Shown here in pieces: positions 20,975-32,451 of a DNA stretch of 64,000 nucleotides. Within the stretch, counting starts at the first letter, position 1. Every line of letters starts with the position of its first letter. The position numbers and the translations under genes were made by a program. The stretch is from NCBI RefSeq assembly GCF_905205995.1, contig NZ_CAJLFU010000001.1; one strand, given 5' to 3'. This DNA is from an uncultured Haemophilus sp. (GTDB taxonomy: Bacteria; Pseudomonadota; Gammaproteobacteria; Enterobacterales; Pasteurellaceae). The notes beneath the pieces were generated by a model. That model had not been told where the DNA came from, searched no databases, and saw nothing but the letters and a program-made list of their open reading frames with translations.

Positions 20975-22645
20975 ATGTCAACGCAATTTGTATATACGAT
21001 GCACCGTGTCGGCAAAGTGGTGCCACCGAAGCGTCATATTTTGAAAGATATTTCTTTAAGCTTCTTCCCTGGCGCAAAAATCGGGGTGCTCGGCTTAAAT
21101 GGTGCGGGTAAATCAACCCTTTTACGCATTATGGCGGGCGTGGATAAAGAGTTCGAAGGTGAAGCTCGTCCACAACCGGGTATCAAAATTGGTTATCTTC
21201 CACAAGAACCAAAACTTGATCCGCAACAAACTGTACGTGAAGCGGTAGAAGAAGCGGTTTCTGAAGTAAAAAATGCACTGACTCGTTTAGATGAAGTTTA
21301 TGCACTTTATGCTGATCCTGATGCGGATTTCGATAAATTAGCGGCTGAACAAGCGAACCTTGAAGCCATTATTCAAGCACATGATGGACATAATTTAGAT
21401 AACCAGTTAGAACGTGCCGCAGATGCATTACGTTTACCAGATTGGGATGCCAAAATTGAGCATTTATCAGGGGGCGAACGTCGTCGTGTCGCACTTTGTC
21501 GCTTATTACTCGAAAAACCAGACATGCTCTTATTAGACGAGCCAACCAACCACTTAGATGCAGAATCTGTAGCATGGTTAGAGCGTTTCTTACATGACTA
21601 CGAAGGTACTGTTGTGGCGATTACCCACGACCGTTACTTCTTAGATAACGTTGCGGGTTGGATCTTAGAGCTTGACCGTGGTGAAGGTATTCCTTGGGAA
21701 GGTAACTACTCTTCTTGGTTAGAGCAAAAAGAGAAACGTTTAGAACAAGAACAAGCAACTGAAAATGCGCGTCAAAAATCGATTGCGAAAGAGTTAGAAT
21801 GGGTTCGTCAAAATCCTAAAGGTCGCCAAGCAAAAAGCAAAGCACGTATGGCGCGCTTTGATGAATTAAACTCTGGCGAATATCAAAAACGTAACGAGAC
21901 AAACGAACTCTTTATTCCACCTGGTCCACGTTTAGGTGATAAAGTGATTGAGGTAGAACATCTCACTAAATCTTACGGTGATCGCACTTTAATTGATGAT
22001 TTATCATTCAGCATTCCAAAAGGGGCTATCGTGGGTATTATCGGAGCGAATGGTGCGGGTAAATCTACCCTATTCCGTATGCTTTCAGGTCAAGAACAAC
22101 CAGATAGCGGCTCAATTACAATGGGTGAAACTGTGGTACTTGCCTCTGTCGATCAGTTCCGTGACTCAATGGATGATAAGAAAACCGTATGGGAAGAAGT
22201 GTCTAACGGACAAGATATTCTCACTATTGGTAACTTTGAAATTCCAAGCCGTGCGTATGTTGGACGCTTCAACTTCAAAGGCGTAGATCAACAAAAACGT
22301 GTGGGCGAATTATCGGGTGGTGAACGTGGTCGTTTACACTTAGCTAAACTTCTACAACGCGGTGGTAACGTACTGTTATTGGACGAACCAACCAATGACT
22401 TAGACGTTGAAACTTTACGTGCGTTAGAAAATGCGATCTTAGAATTCCCAGGTTGTGCAATGGTGATTTCCCATGACCGTTGGTTCTTAGACCGTATTGC
22501 AACTCATATTTTAGATTACGGTGATGAAGGTAAAGTGACGTTCTACGAAGGTAACTTCTCAGACTACGAAGAGTGGAAAAAGAAAACCTTAGGTGAAGCC
22601 GCAACACAACCACATCGTATTAAATATAAGCGTATTGCAAAATAA
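20975..22645 (+). CDS. ettA: energy-dependent translational throttle protein EttA (ABC-F)
   Basis: Near-identical to E. coli EttA over the N-terminus (…QFVYTMHRVGKVVPPKRHILK…LSFFPGAKIGVLGLNGAGKSTLLRIMAG). Two ABC domains; 556 aa. Confidence 0.95.
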   Translation: MSTQFVYTMHRVGKVVPPKRHILKDISLSFFPGAKIGVLGLNGAGKSTLLRIMAGVDKEFEGEARPQPGIKIGYLPQEPKLDPQQTVREAVEEAVSEVKNALTRLDEVYALYADPDADFDKLAAEQANLEAIIQAHDGHNLDNQLERAADALRLPDWDAKIEHLSGGERRRVALCRLLLEKPDMLLLDEPTNHLDAESVAWLERFLHDYEGTVVAITHDRYFLDNVAGWILELDRGEGIPWEGNYSSWLEQKEKRLEQEQATENARQKSIAKELEWVRQNPKGRQAKSKARMARFDELNSGEYQKRNETNELFIPPGPRLGDKVIEVEHLTKSYGDRTLIDDLSFSIPKGAIVGIIGANGAGKSTLFRMLSGQEQPDSGSITMGETVVLASVDQFRDSMDDKKTVWEEVSNGQDILTIGNFEIPSRAYVGRFNFKGVDQQKRVGELSGGERGRLHLAKLLQRGGNVLLLDEPTNDLDVETLRALENAILEFPGCAMVISHDRWFLDRIATHILDYGDEGKVTFYEGNFSDYEEWKKKTLGEAATQPHRIKYKRIAK

Positions 22646-22652
22646 GAAATTA

Positions 22653-22677
22653 AAGTGCGGTCACTTTTGACCGCATT
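22653..22677 (+). terminator. imperfect USS-pair terminator after ettA
   Basis: aaagtgcggtcacttttgaccgca. Confidence 0.4.
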
Positions 22678-22699
22678 TAAATATCCTCAAGGAAAATAT

Positions 22700-23245
22700 A
22701 TGAAAAAATTATTTTTGATTTCTGCCTCTATTCTTAGCTTAACTGCTTGTGTTTCGACCGAATTATCAAATGAAAATCAGCCTTATGACGCCTCAAAAGA
22801 TGCTCGTATTCGATTATACGGGCAGAATGGTAGACCTTCTTATTTAACTGTAAATATTGATGGTAAAAAGGAAAAAGTTACTATTGGTGGCGGATTAGGA
22901 CAAGCATTTAGTTCAATGGTTGGAGCAAAAAGCAACGAAAGTATAGGTATGCCAGCAACAGAATTAAGTAAAGATCCTTCCGCTCATTCAAAATTTTTAT
23001 CTGGTATATTTTTCAAAGAATTTGTTATCCCTGCTAATAGTGAAGTAACTGTTCAAAATGAAATTATTCCATTAGATCATTCGCATACTCACTATACAAC
23101 TACTGAAAAAATTACAACTATAATAAAAGGAAAAAGCTGTAAAGGTAACATGATTAGTTTTATTCCTGAGGCTGGTAAAAATTATGAAGTTGCGCCAATA
23201 AGTTCTGATAGAGAATGTGGTGTTAGTCTTTATGAAATTAAATAA
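22700..23245 (+). CDS. hypothetical lipoprotein
   Basis: MKKLFLISASILSLTAC lipobox. AT-rich coding sequence. The ORF opens at 22655. Confidence 0.5.
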   Translation: MKKLFLISASILSLTACVSTELSNENQPYDASKDARIRLYGQNGRPSYLTVNIDGKKEKVTIGGGLGQAFSSMVGAKSNESIGMPATELSKDPSAHSKFLSGIFFKEFVIPANSEVTVQNEIIPLDHSHTHYTTTEKITTIIKGKSCKGNMISFIPEAGKNYEVAPISSDRECGVSLYEIK

Positions 23246-23286
23246 AATATAAAAATACGGTATCTCTACCACATTTTTATTCAGGA

Positions 23287-23649
23287 GTGATTATGTTAGT
23301 TTATTTGCACATTGTTTGTGCATTTTTAAGTTTAGGATTATTAATTATCCGTGGGGGAATGCAATTAAGTGGGAAAGATTGGCGAGCGATTAAACTGCTA
23401 AAAATTTTACCGCACTTAGTTGACACACTTTTAATTGCGAGCGGCTTAACGATTTTCTTCTTGGTCGGTTATCAGTTACAAAGCTGGCTCATCATAAAAA
23501 TCATCATGCTTGTGCTTTATATCTTCTTCTCTGCTAAATATTTTAGTCGCAAAGCTACAAATCCAAATAATGTATTTCTAGCATTTGCTGTATTAAGTTT
23601 CTTGGGGGCAATTTTCTTTGCTTACCAACCAGACTTCATGGAAAGTTAA
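23287..23649 (+). CDS. SirB2/YchQ family inner-membrane protein
   Basis: ...ILPHLVDTLLIASGL... matches the SirB2 core. 120 aa with 4 TM segments. Confidence 0.6.
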   Translation: MIMLVYLHIVCAFLSLGLLIIRGGMQLSGKDWRAIKLLKILPHLVDTLLIASGLTIFFLVGYQLQSWLIIKIIMLVLYIFFSAKYFSRKATNPNNVFLAFAVLSFLGAIFFAYQPDFMES

Positions 23650-23654
23650 TCATA

Positions 23655-23693
23655 AAAAAATCCATCTTAAATTGAAGATGGATTTTTTGTTTT
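23655..23693. terminator. bidirectional hairpin terminator
   Basis: Hairpin atccatctt-aaattg-aagatggat followed by tttttg. Confidence 0.5.
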
Positions 23694-23695
23694 AT

Positions 23696-24019
23696 CTAAC
23701 CGCCGGCTAACTTTACTTTAAATCCTTTTTGTTCTAAAAGTTGTTTTAGTAAATCACGTTTTTCGCCTTGAATCTCAATATTGCCGTCTTTTACTGAACC
23801 ACCACAACCACACCGCTTTTTAAGTTCAGCCGCTAACTTTTTCAATTCATCATCAGCTAAATCTAGCCCAGTAATCACTGAAACGCCTGCGCCTTTTCGA
23901 CCACTAGTTTGTTTTTGTATGCGAACCACACCATCACCTTTAGGGCGTTGTACTGGCTGCTTTTGCTCTTTAATTCTACCTACTTCGGTAGAATAAACTA
24001 AAGTACTCTCTGTCATACT
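23696..24019 (-). CDS. yciH: translation initiation factor SUI1-family protein YciH
   Basis: SUI1 domain (...GRKGAGVSVITGL...IEIQGEKRD...). Likely start MTEST; the ORF extends to 24088. The pyrF-yciH order is as in E. coli. Confidence 0.8.
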   Translation of the reverse strand, partial: SMTESTLVYSTEVGRIKEQKQPVQRPKGDGVVRIQKQTSGRKGAGVSVITGLDLADDELKKLAAELKKRCGCGGSVKDGNIEIQGEKRDLLKQLLEQKGFKVKLAGG

Positions 24020-24710
24020 ACAAAAGTGATGAATTAATTGAACGAAGCACTTCTGCTGGATTTTCAGCTTGAGTAATTGGGCGACCAATCACCAAATAAT
24101 CAGAACCAGAACGGATAGCCGCGGCAGGAGTCATAACGCGACGTTGATCGCCAAAATCACTTCCTATTGGACGAATCCCCGGTGTGACTAATTTAAAATC
24201 AGGGCCACAAGTATTACGTAAAATCTCCACTTCTTGTGGTGAACAAACGACTCCATCTAATCCTGCTCGCTGGGTTAAATGCGCAAGACGTAATACATGT
24301 TCAAGTGGTGAAGAATTAATACCGATTTGTAATAAATCCAAATCTTCCATACTGGTCAATACGGTTACTGCAATTAATAAAGGCGCATCTTTTCCATAAG
24401 GCTCGAGAATTTTCTTCGCTTCTTCCATCATTTTCAGACCACCGCTAGCATGGACATCAACCATCCATACACCTAAATCAGCCGCAGAACGCACTGCTCT
24501 TGCCACAGTATTCGGAATATCATGAAATTTAAGATCGAGGAAAACATCAAATTGACGCTCGTGTAATTGCTTAACGAAATTTGTTCCTAGTGTGGTAAAC
24601 ATTTCTTTACCCACTTTTAAACGGCATAAGCTTGGATCAATTTGATCCACGAGGGATAGCGCTTGTGCTTCCGTTTCGTAATCTAATGCAACGATTACTT
24701 TGCTATTCAT
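24018..24710 (-). CDS. pyrF: orotidine-5'-phosphate decarboxylase
   Basis: [18 protein letters not shown]...; catalytic Lys in DLKFHDIP. Confidence 0.9.
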   Translation of the reverse strand: MNSKVIVALDYETEAQALSLVDQIDPSLCRLKVGKEMFTTLGTNFVKQLHERQFDVFLDLKFHDIPNTVARAVRSAADLGVWMVDVHASGGLKMMEEAKKILEPYGKDAPLLIAVTVLTSMEDLDLLQIGINSSPLEHVLRLAHLTQRAGLDGVVCSPQEVEILRNTCGPDFKLVTPGIRPIGSDFGDQRRVMTPAAAIRSGSDYLVIGRPITQAENPAEVLRSINSSLL

Positions 24711-24731
24711 AATTTTACCTCACTGTGTCAA

Positions 24732-25910
24732 TTAATTATGTTCTGGTTTGATGGATTCCCACTGTTTGCAAGAAGGACAATTCCACATTAATTTATGGGT
24801 TTGATAACCGCAATTTGAGCAACGATAACCAAAGCTTTGCTTAATTCTCTCACCGACCATTTTATGTAGCAAAATTAAGCTTTCCTTACCCCGCCCTTCC
24901 TCTGCATCATCAATTTGGAATTGAATAAAACGGTGGAAAATAGATGTACTCGGATGTTTTGTTAACTGCTGATAAAGTTTTGATTGTGCGGCACTCTTAC
25001 CATCTTTCTCTTCAATCACGCTTGCTAACATTAAATCGACTTTAGTATTGTTAACCTGCTTACTGGCTCGAATCAAGAATAACTCAAAGTTATCTCTCTC
25101 TCCTAATTCATCATAACAATATTTGAGCGTTTTCAGCACTTCACCAATATAAATTGGGTTTTGATCAAGAATATTCTCTAAAAAATGAATGGCTTGACGA
25201 TAGTTTTTATTAGCCATTTCTAAATCAGCAAGTAGCATTGATGCTCTCACACTGGTTGGAGATACATTCAGCGCTTTTTGTAAAATACTGGGTTTTTCGA
25301 CCGCACTTTCAAGTTCACCGCTTAAGGCATATTCACAATAACATTGTGCTAATTCCACATTATTTTCTTTAGGTGAGATCTTGGCAAGCTTCTCTGCGAT
25401 ATTAACCGCTTTTTTCCATTCTTTTGTTTTTTGATAAATCACTAAAAGCTGTTGTAGTGCATTTTCAGCAAACTCTGGTTCATCCACCATAATGATGTAA
25501 AGCGCTTCAGCACGGTCATAAAAACCGACAGTCATAAAATCTTTGGCAAGTTGCTGTTTAGCTAATAATTTTTGTTCGAAAGAATAATTGGGACTACGAT
25601 CGAGTGCTTGATGAATGCGTAAAGCACGATCCACTTCGCCTCGAGAACGGAAAAGATTACCGAGCGTTAACTCAGCTTCAAATTGTGAGTTGCTTTCAAT
25701 TTCATTTTCTGTTTCTTGTTTTTGCAACATATCAAGAAACAAATCAACGGCTTTATCCGTTTGATTAGAAAGCAAAAAATTGACCCCCGTGACATAATCA
25801 CGGGAGAGTTTATTACTAATATCTTCCTGATCTTTCTTGGCACTCCGATGCCCCATATACCAACCGTAAGCGGCGGCTATTGGCAGAAGCAGAAAGAGTA
25901 ATTCAAGCAT
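24732..25910 (-). CDS. lapB: lipopolysaccharide assembly protein LapB (YciM)
   Basis: N-terminal TM segment, TPR repeats, and a C-terminal rubredoxin-like CSNCGY...CPSC motif. Confidence 0.9.
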   Translation of the reverse strand: MLELLFLLLPIAAAYGWYMGHRSAKKDQEDISNKLSRDYVTGVNFLLSNQTDKAVDLFLDMLQKQETENEIESNSQFEAELTLGNLFRSRGEVDRALRIHQALDRSPNYSFEQKLLAKQQLAKDFMTVGFYDRAEALYIIMVDEPEFAENALQQLLVIYQKTKEWKKAVNIAEKLAKISPKENNVELAQCYCEYALSGELESAVEKPSILQKALNVSPTSVRASMLLADLEMANKNYRQAIHFLENILDQNPIYIGEVLKTLKYCYDELGERDNFELFLIRASKQVNNTKVDLMLASVIEEKDGKSAAQSKLYQQLTKHPSTSIFHRFIQFQIDDAEEGRGKESLILLHKMVGERIKQSFGYRCSNCGYQTHKLMWNCPSCKQWESIKPEHN

Positions 25911-26206
25911 TATACTGCCTTATCGCGAGTAGTCGTTAATTCGTTAATTTGTAATGTTTGACGTTTAACTTGACGCGCTAACGACATATTTTTGAATTTT
26001 AATTTTAAGTAGAAGAATCCAGTAATTAACCAACCTAAAATTAATCCAAAACCAAATAAAATCGCGACTAGCGTTGAAAGTTGGAATTGGCTTTCAGCAA
26101 CAATGTAGTTAAAGGTGATTACTTGATCATTATTCGCCCCTATAGTTACCGCAACGATTACGATAGCTAGCACAATAATGAGTCCGAGAATATATTTAAT
26201 CATCAC
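25910..26206 (-). CDS. lapA: lipopolysaccharide assembly protein LapA (YciS)
   Basis: 98 aa with 2 TM segments, immediately upstream of lapB with a 1-nt overlap. Confidence 0.75.
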   Translation of the reverse strand: MMIKYILGLIIVLAIVIVAVTIGANNDQVITFNYIVAESQFQLSTLVAILFGFGLILGWLITGFFYLKLKFKNMSLARQVKRQTLQINELTTTRDKAV

Positions 26207-26249
26207 AATCTCCTTGTTAAGAATAGTTTCATTATGCCAAAATTTGTAA

Positions 26250-26277
26250 TAAAAAACGACACCTAAGTGTCGTTTTA
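26250..26277 (-). terminator. intrinsic terminator downstream of ihfB
   Basis: Hairpin aaacgacac-ctaa-gtgtcgttt. Read on the minus strand it is followed by a T-run. Confidence 0.5.
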
Positions 26278-26295
26278 TTGATATCGATTGAATGT

Positions 26296-26580
26296 TTAAG
26301 CAAAAACATTTACGCGATCTTTTAATTCTTTACCTGCTTTAAAGTGCGGTACCGATTTAGCATCTAATTTTACAGAATCACCGGTTTTAGGATTACGGCC
26401 CACTCGCGGTTGACGATGGTGTAAAGAGAAGCTACCAAAACCACGCACTTCAATACGATTACCTTCTTCTAAAGATTGTGCAATGAGTTCAAGAATATCC
26501 TTTACAATACCTTCTACTTCTTTTGCGGATAAAGTTGGGTGCTTTGTTGATAGATTTTCAATTAGTTCAGATTTAGTCAT
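26296..26580 (-). CDS. ihfB: integration host factor beta subunit
   Basis: [10 protein letters not shown]...RGFGSF...RNPKTG; 94 aa. Confidence 0.9.
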   Translation of the reverse strand: MTKSELIENLSTKHPTLSAKEVEGIVKDILELIAQSLEEGNRIEVRGFGSFSLHHRQPRVGRNPKTGDSVKLDAKSVPHFKAGKELKDRVNVFA

Positions 26581-26731
26581 CGTCAACTCTCCTTTAAATT
26601 TCTACTTAAACTTGTTATTAAGACTTACAGGTAATGTATTAGTTCATAATAAATTACCACTAAATCCTTGTTAATTATAGCTGGTAGTAATAAGGCTGAG
26701 TCCATGACCCAGCCTTATTTATGTGAATTAA

Positions 26732-28381
26732 TTATTCACCTTTAGCTGCTTTGAAAGCTTCAGCCATTGCGTTTGGAATAGCAACATCTTCTTGTTTGGT
26801 ATTCACGTTTGCAACTGCAGCGGCTTCTTCAGCTTGATCTTTCGCTTTTACAGATAAGTGAACGATACGAGCTTTACGATCAACACCAGTGTATTTCGCT
26901 TCAACTACATCACCTGGTGCAACTTCGTTTGTTAAGTCTGCTGCACGGATATAACCTTCAACGCCACCTGCTAATTCAACTTTAGCACCTTTAGCGTCAG
27001 CTTCAACAACAGTTGCAGAAACTACTGCACCTTTTTTGTTGATTGCTACGAAGTTGTTGAATGGATCATCTTCAAGTTGTTTGATACCTAAAGAAATACG
27101 TTCTTTCACTGCATCTACTGCTAATACTACTGCAGAAACTTCGTCACCTTTTTTGTAGTTACGAACTGCTTCTTCACCTGGAACATTCCAAGAAATGTCA
27201 GATAAGTGAACTAAACCGTCGATGCCACCTTCAAGACCGATGAAGATACCGAAATCAGTGATTGATTTGATTTTACCAGTAACTTTGTCGCCTTTGTTGT
27301 GAGTTTCAGCGAATTGAGTCCATGGGTTAGGTTTGCATTGTTTTAAACCTAAAGAAATACGACGACGTTCTTCGTCAACTTCTAATACCATAACTTCAAC
27401 TGTATCGCCTAAGCTTACAACTTTAGATGGGTGGATGTTTTTGTTAGTCCAATCCATTTCAGAAACGTGAACTAAACCTTCAACGCCATCTAAGATTTCA
27501 ACGAAACAACCATAGTCAGTTAAGTTAGTTACTTTACCAGTTAATTTGCTGTTTACTGGGTGGTTTTCAGCGATAGCAACCCAAGGATCTTGACCTAATT
27601 GTTTTAAGCCTAAAGATACGCGAGTACGATCTTTGTCAAATTTTAATACTTTAACAGTTACTTCGTCGCCTACATTCACGATCTCGCTTGGGTGTTTAAC
27701 ACGTTTCCAAGCCATATCAGTGATGTGTAATAAACCGTCAACGCCACCTAAATCTACGAATGCACCGTAGTCAGTTAAGTTTTTAACGATACCTTTAACT
27801 TCTGAACCTTCAGCTAGGTTCTCAAGGATTTGTTCACGTTCTTGGCTGTTTTCAGATTCGATCACTGCACGACGAGAAACAACAACGTTGTTACGTTTTT
27901 GATCTAATTTGATTACTTTGAATTCTAATTCTTTACCAAGTAGGTGATCAGCTTCACGTGCTGGACGTGTGTCAACTAATGAACCTGGTAAGAATGCACG
28001 AACACCGTTTAACTCAACTGTGAAACCGCCTTTCACTTTACCGTTGATTAAACCGATAACGGTCGCTTTTTCTTCGTAAGCTTTTTCTAATTCAATCCAA
28101 GATTCGTGACGAACTGCTTTCTCACGAGAAAGTTTCGTTTCGCCGTAACCATCTTCAACTGCATCTAAAGCTACGTTTACTGTGTCGCCAACTTTAACTT
28201 CAAGTTCACCTTGAGCGTTTTGGAATTCAGCAACAGGAATTGCAGATTCAGATTTTAAGCCTGCATCAACAAGTACAAAGCCTTTTTGAATAGCAACAAC
28301 AGTACCGCTAACGATTGAACCTTGACGGGTTTCAAGGCCTTTTAATGATTCTTCAAAGAGTTGAGCAAAAGATTCTGACAT
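26732..28381 (-). CDS. rpsA: 30S ribosomal protein S1
   Basis: Six S1 repeats; 549 aa. Confidence 0.95.
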   Translation of the reverse strand: MSESFAQLFEESLKGLETRQGSIVSGTVVAIQKGFVLVDAGLKSESAIPVAEFQNAQGELEVKVGDTVNVALDAVEDGYGETKLSREKAVRHESWIELEKAYEEKATVIGLINGKVKGGFTVELNGVRAFLPGSLVDTRPAREADHLLGKELEFKVIKLDQKRNNVVVSRRAVIESENSQEREQILENLAEGSEVKGIVKNLTDYGAFVDLGGVDGLLHITDMAWKRVKHPSEIVNVGDEVTVKVLKFDKDRTRVSLGLKQLGQDPWVAIAENHPVNSKLTGKVTNLTDYGCFVEILDGVEGLVHVSEMDWTNKNIHPSKVVSLGDTVEVMVLEVDEERRRISLGLKQCKPNPWTQFAETHNKGDKVTGKIKSITDFGIFIGLEGGIDGLVHLSDISWNVPGEEAVRNYKKGDEVSAVVLAVDAVKERISLGIKQLEDDPFNNFVAINKKGAVVSATVVEADAKGAKVELAGGVEGYIRAADLTNEVAPGDVVEAKYTGVDRKARIVHLSVKAKDQAEEAAAVANVNTKQEDVAIPNAMAEAFKAAKGE

Positions 28382-28477
28382 ATAAATAATCTTCTTAATT
28401 TAAGTTAATAACATCCACATTAAGATCCATAAAATGCGGGGTTGAGGATAAATGTCTATTCTTCCTTGAATAAACAG

Positions 28478-29158
28478 TTAAATCGAAATTGACGCTTTTT
28501 GTTGAATATAAGCCAACGCTTGAGCAATGACTTCATCAATACTCAATGTTGTACTATCTAACAATAAAGCATCATCAGCCGGTTTCAATGGCGCAATCTC
28601 ACGATTTCTATCACGAAAATCGCGTTCTTGTATCTCGGCTAAAATCTGTGCAAAGTTACCATTAATTCCCTTATTTTGCAACTGTTTATAGCGTCTTTTT
28701 GCACGTTCTTCCGCACTTGCGTCTAAAAATAGTTTAATTTGTGCATTTGGGAAAACCACAGTTCCCATATCTCGCCCATCCGCAATCAGACCGTCATTTT
28801 TACCAAAATCCTGCTGAAGTTGCAGTAAAGCTGACCGCACTTTTGGGAAAACCGCCACTTTTGATGCAGCTTCCGCCACTTCTTGCGTACGGATTAAATG
28901 GCTTACATCCATCCCACCAAGAAGCACATTGACTTCTCCATTCTTTGGAATGAACTGAATATCTAAATGACGTGCTAACTCCGCTAATCCTTCTTCATCG
29001 GTTAAATCTGCATGACGTTTCAACGCAGCTAATGCCGTCACGCGATAAATGGCACCACTATCTAATAAGGTAAAACCTAACTTCTCTGCCAATGCATAGC
29101 AAAGCGTTCCTTTTCCAGCCCCACTTGGGCCATCAACGGTGATAATTATCCCCATCAT
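28478..29158 (-). CDS. cmk: cytidylate kinase
   Basis: P-loop [13 protein letters not shown]. The cmk-rpsA-ihfB order is conserved. Confidence 0.9.
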   Translation of the reverse strand: MMGIIITVDGPSGAGKGTLCYALAEKLGFTLLDSGAIYRVTALAALKRHADLTDEEGLAELARHLDIQFIPKNGEVNVLLGGMDVSHLIRTQEVAEAASKVAVFPKVRSALLQLQQDFGKNDGLIADGRDMGTVVFPNAQIKLFLDASAEERAKRRYKQLQNKGINGNFAQILAEIQERDFRDRNREIAPLKPADDALLLDSTTLSIDEVIAQALAYIQQKASISI

Positions 29159-29538
29159 CTTTATCCTTTTACTTTCAAAACCGACATATTATAGACATAA
29201 ATGACTTATTTCTCTAAAGATTCTTTTGCTAAATGGTAAAAATATTAGCTATCGGAATTGTAAATAAATATAGATAATTCATACAAGATTTAAAGAAAAC
29301 ATACAGTATCAGCTCTTAGCCCTCCTTCACAAAGTGACAAACTCTACCGATAAAAGAAAAACATCAATAATCGTTACAATGCTTTTTCAACAAATGAATA
29401 AAAAAATTAAGAATTTCACAATATATAACATGAAAATTATTCTTTAGATCTTATATTCATTTCATGATCTCATCCCTTGAATTTCACCCCTTAGAAGAAG
29501 ATAATACGAATCTTTCTCATACAGATAGGAGGTAATTA

Positions 29539-32406
29539 ATGAAAAAACAAATGAGATTAAACTTAGTTACATTTTGCATAATAAATGCAATGAACATTAA
29601 TATTGCTGAAGCTCAAACAGAAGAAACACTCGATCAAATAAATGTGGTTGAAAAAAATGTAACTAATGATAAGAAACCATTTACAGAAGCAAAAGCTAAA
29701 AGCACAAGAGAGCATATATTTAAAGATACACAAACTATCGATCAAGTGATTCGTAGCATTCCGGGGGCCTTTACTCAACAAGATAAAGGATCAGGAGTGA
29801 TTTCAGTTAATATTCGTGGTGAAAATGGATTAGGTCGTGTCAATACGATGATTGATGGTGTGACACAAACTTTTTACTCTACAGCTATGGACTCAGGTCA
29901 ATCAGGCGGTAATTCTCAATTTGGTGCATCACTTGATCCTAACTTTATTGCTGGTGTTGATATCAATAAAAGTAACTTTTCAGGTTCCACAGGTATAAAT
30001 ACCTTATCTGGTAGTGCTAATTTTAGAACACTAGGTGTTAGTGATGTTATCACAGACGATAAACCTTTCGGCCTCATTGTAAAAGGTATGACAGGTAGCA
30101 ATGAAACTAAATCGAATTTTATGGCTACGGCTGCAGGCAGAAAATGGCTTGATAATGGAGGGTATGTCGGTGTGGCATATGGTTACAGTCAACGTGAAGT
30201 CTCACAAGATTATCGTATCGGTGGAGGAGAACGATTATCTACACTTGGGCAAGACATTCTTGCCAAAGAAAAAGAAGCCTATTTCCACAATGCCGGTTAT
30301 ATTTTAAATTCTGCTGGGCAATGGACACCTGATTTAAGCAAAAACCATTGGTCTTGCAACGCGCCAAACCCAACATTTAACGGAAATACAGCTCCAATTA
30401 CAACGACAAATGAACTGACTGGTGCAATTGAAACAAGAACACCAGGCTGTATTACTCGAGTTGAAAGAAAAGAAGAAAATTATGATTATGTGAGTGAAGA
30501 AGATACACCTAACGAGCCTCGTTACAATACATCTAGCTATCAACTTAACACCTATAAAAATGAAACTAGAACAAAAATTCTAAGAGAATTAGAAAATGGT
30601 GTGCCACCTAAAGATATCCCCGAATTACAAAATGATGTAGATTCAACAAATAACTCATTTGAACGTAATAAAGATCAATACAGCGTTGCCCCTATTGAAC
30701 CAGGCAGTCTGCAATCTCGTTCTCGTAGCCATTTACTAAAATTTGAATATGGCGATGATCGCCATACTTTAGGTGCACAAATTCGCACTCTTGATAATAA
30801 AATTGGTTCTCGAAAAATTGAAAATCGTAATTATCAATTAAATTATAATTTTAATAATAATCGCTATCTTGATCTAAATTTGATGGTAGCACACAACTTG
30901 GGCAAAACCATTTATCCTAGAGGCGCATTCTTTTCTGGGTGGCAAGTCGAAGATAAATTAATTACAAAGAATGTGGCAAATATTATTGATATTAACAATA
31001 GCTATACTTTTTTATTGCCAAAAGAAATCGATTTAAAAACCACATTGGGCTTTAACTACTTTATTAATGAGTATAGTAAAAACCGTTTTCCAGAAGAATT
31101 AAGTTTGTTTTATAACAATGAATCACACTCCCAAGGAAACTATAGTTATTTAGGTCGCTTCCAAGGAAGCAAAAGCGGATTACCACAACGTTCAGTGATC
31201 TTACAACCTTCGGGTAAACAACAATTTAAAACTGTTTATTTTGATACCGCACTTTCTAGAGGAATTTACCATTTAGACTATAGTGTCAATTTTACGCATT
31301 ATGCATTTAACGGTGAGTATGTAGGTTACGAAAATACACCAACACAAATTAATGAACCGATTTTGCATAAATCAGGACATAAAACAGCGATAAATCACTC
31401 TGCAACACTTAGTGCAGATATCAATGATTATTTTATGCCATTTTTTACCTATTCACGCACACATAGAATGCCAAATATTCAAGAAATGTTCTTCTCCCAA
31501 GTCTCTGATGTTGGCGTAAATACGGCATTAAAACCTGAGCGAGCTGAAACTTATCAACTTGGGTTTAATACCTATAAAAAAGCTGTTTTTACAGAAGAAG
31601 ATGTTCTAGGTTTAAAACTAGTGGGATATCGTAGTTTCATCAAAAATTATATTCATAATGTATATGGTGTATGGTGGAGAGATGGCGTTGTTCCTGACTG
31701 GGCAGCTAATAATGGATTTAGATTTACCATTGCTCATCAAAATTATAAGCCTATTGTGAAAAAGAGCGGCATCGAGTTAGAAATTAACTATGACATGGGA
31801 CGTTTCTTTGCAAATCTGTCTTATGCATATCAACGAACAAATCAACCAACCAATTATGCAGATGCAAGTCCACGTCCTAATAACGCATCAAAAGATGACA
31901 TTCTAAAACAAGGTTATGGTCTATCCCGTATCTCAATGTTACCTAAAGATTATGGAAGATTAGAACTTGGCTCTCGCTGGTTTGATCAAAAATTAACTGT
32001 TGGTATTGCTGCTCGTTACTATGGGAAAAGCAAACGAGCAACCATTCAAGAAGACTATATTAACGGTTCTGAATTTGAATTAAATACTAGTCATGAAAGA
32101 ACTTATTATGCAATTAAGAAAACAGAAGAAATTAATAAACAACCGATTATTTTAGATTTGCATATAAGTTACGAACCTATCAAAGATTTGATTATCAAAG
32201 CTGAAGTACAAAACCTACTAGATAAACGTTATGTTGATCCTTTAGATTCTGGCAACGATGCGGCATCTCAACGCTATTATTCAAGCTTAAATGATTCCAT
32301 TTGTAGCAAAAATGATACTTGCGATAACGGAATAAAAGATAAATCTGTGCTTTATAACTTTGCACGAGGAAGAACTTACATTCTCAGTTTAAACTATAAA
32401 TTCTAA
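29539..32406 (+). CDS. TonB-dependent receptor, divergent transferrin/lactoferrin/haemoglobin-receptor family
   Basis: Signal peptide; TonB box TLDQINVV. 955 aa with long Asn/Lys-rich loops. The FRAP/NPNL-equivalent region is altered to HRMPNIQEMFF ... ALKPERAETY. Terminal Phe. AT-rich relative to its neighbours. Confidence 0.8.
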   Translation: MKKQMRLNLVTFCIINAMNINIAEAQTEETLDQINVVEKNVTNDKKPFTEAKAKSTREHIFKDTQTIDQVIRSIPGAFTQQDKGSGVISVNIRGENGLGRVNTMIDGVTQTFYSTAMDSGQSGGNSQFGASLDPNFIAGVDINKSNFSGSTGINTLSGSANFRTLGVSDVITDDKPFGLIVKGMTGSNETKSNFMATAAGRKWLDNGGYVGVAYGYSQREVSQDYRIGGGERLSTLGQDILAKEKEAYFHNAGYILNSAGQWTPDLSKNHWSCNAPNPTFNGNTAPITTTNELTGAIETRTPGCITRVERKEENYDYVSEEDTPNEPRYNTSSYQLNTYKNETRTKILRELENGVPPKDIPELQNDVDSTNNSFERNKDQYSVAPIEPGSLQSRSRSHLLKFEYGDDRHTLGAQIRTLDNKIGSRKIENRNYQLNYNFNNNRYLDLNLMVAHNLGKTIYPRGAFFSGWQVEDKLITKNVANIIDINNSYTFLLPKEIDLKTTLGFNYFINEYSKNRFPEELSLFYNNESHSQGNYSYLGRFQGSKSGLPQRSVILQPSGKQQFKTVYFDTALSRGIYHLDYSVNFTHYAFNGEYVGYENTPTQINEPILHKSGHKTAINHSATLSADINDYFMPFFTYSRTHRMPNIQEMFFSQVSDVGVNTALKPERAETYQLGFNTYKKAVFTEEDVLGLKLVGYRSFIKNYIHNVYGVWWRDGVVPDWAANNGFRFTIAHQNYKPIVKKSGIELEINYDMGRFFANLSYAYQRTNQPTNYADASPRPNNASKDDILKQGYGLSRISMLPKDYGRLELGSRWFDQKLTVGIAARYYGKSKRATIQEDYINGSEFELNTSHERTYYAIKKTEEINKQPIILDLHISYEPIKDLIIKAEVQNLLDKRYVDPLDSGNDAASQRYYSSLNDSICSKNDTCDNGIKDKSVLYNFARGRTYILSLNYKF

Positions 32407-32416
32407 TGGGTTTATA

Positions 32417-32451
32417 TAAAAAGGCATAGTCAATTAACTATGCCTTTTTAA
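32417..32451. terminator. bidirectional hairpin terminator
   Basis: Hairpin aaaaaggcatagt-caattaa-ctatgccttttt. Confidence 0.55.

Noticed and set aside
29916-30543. Small ORFs inside the large TonB-dependent receptor: 29916-30101 (-), 30101-30307 (+) and 30334-30543 (-)
   Set aside because: They are embedded in or antisense to the continuous 955-aa receptor ORF, which has clear signal peptide, TonB box and C-terminal Phe.
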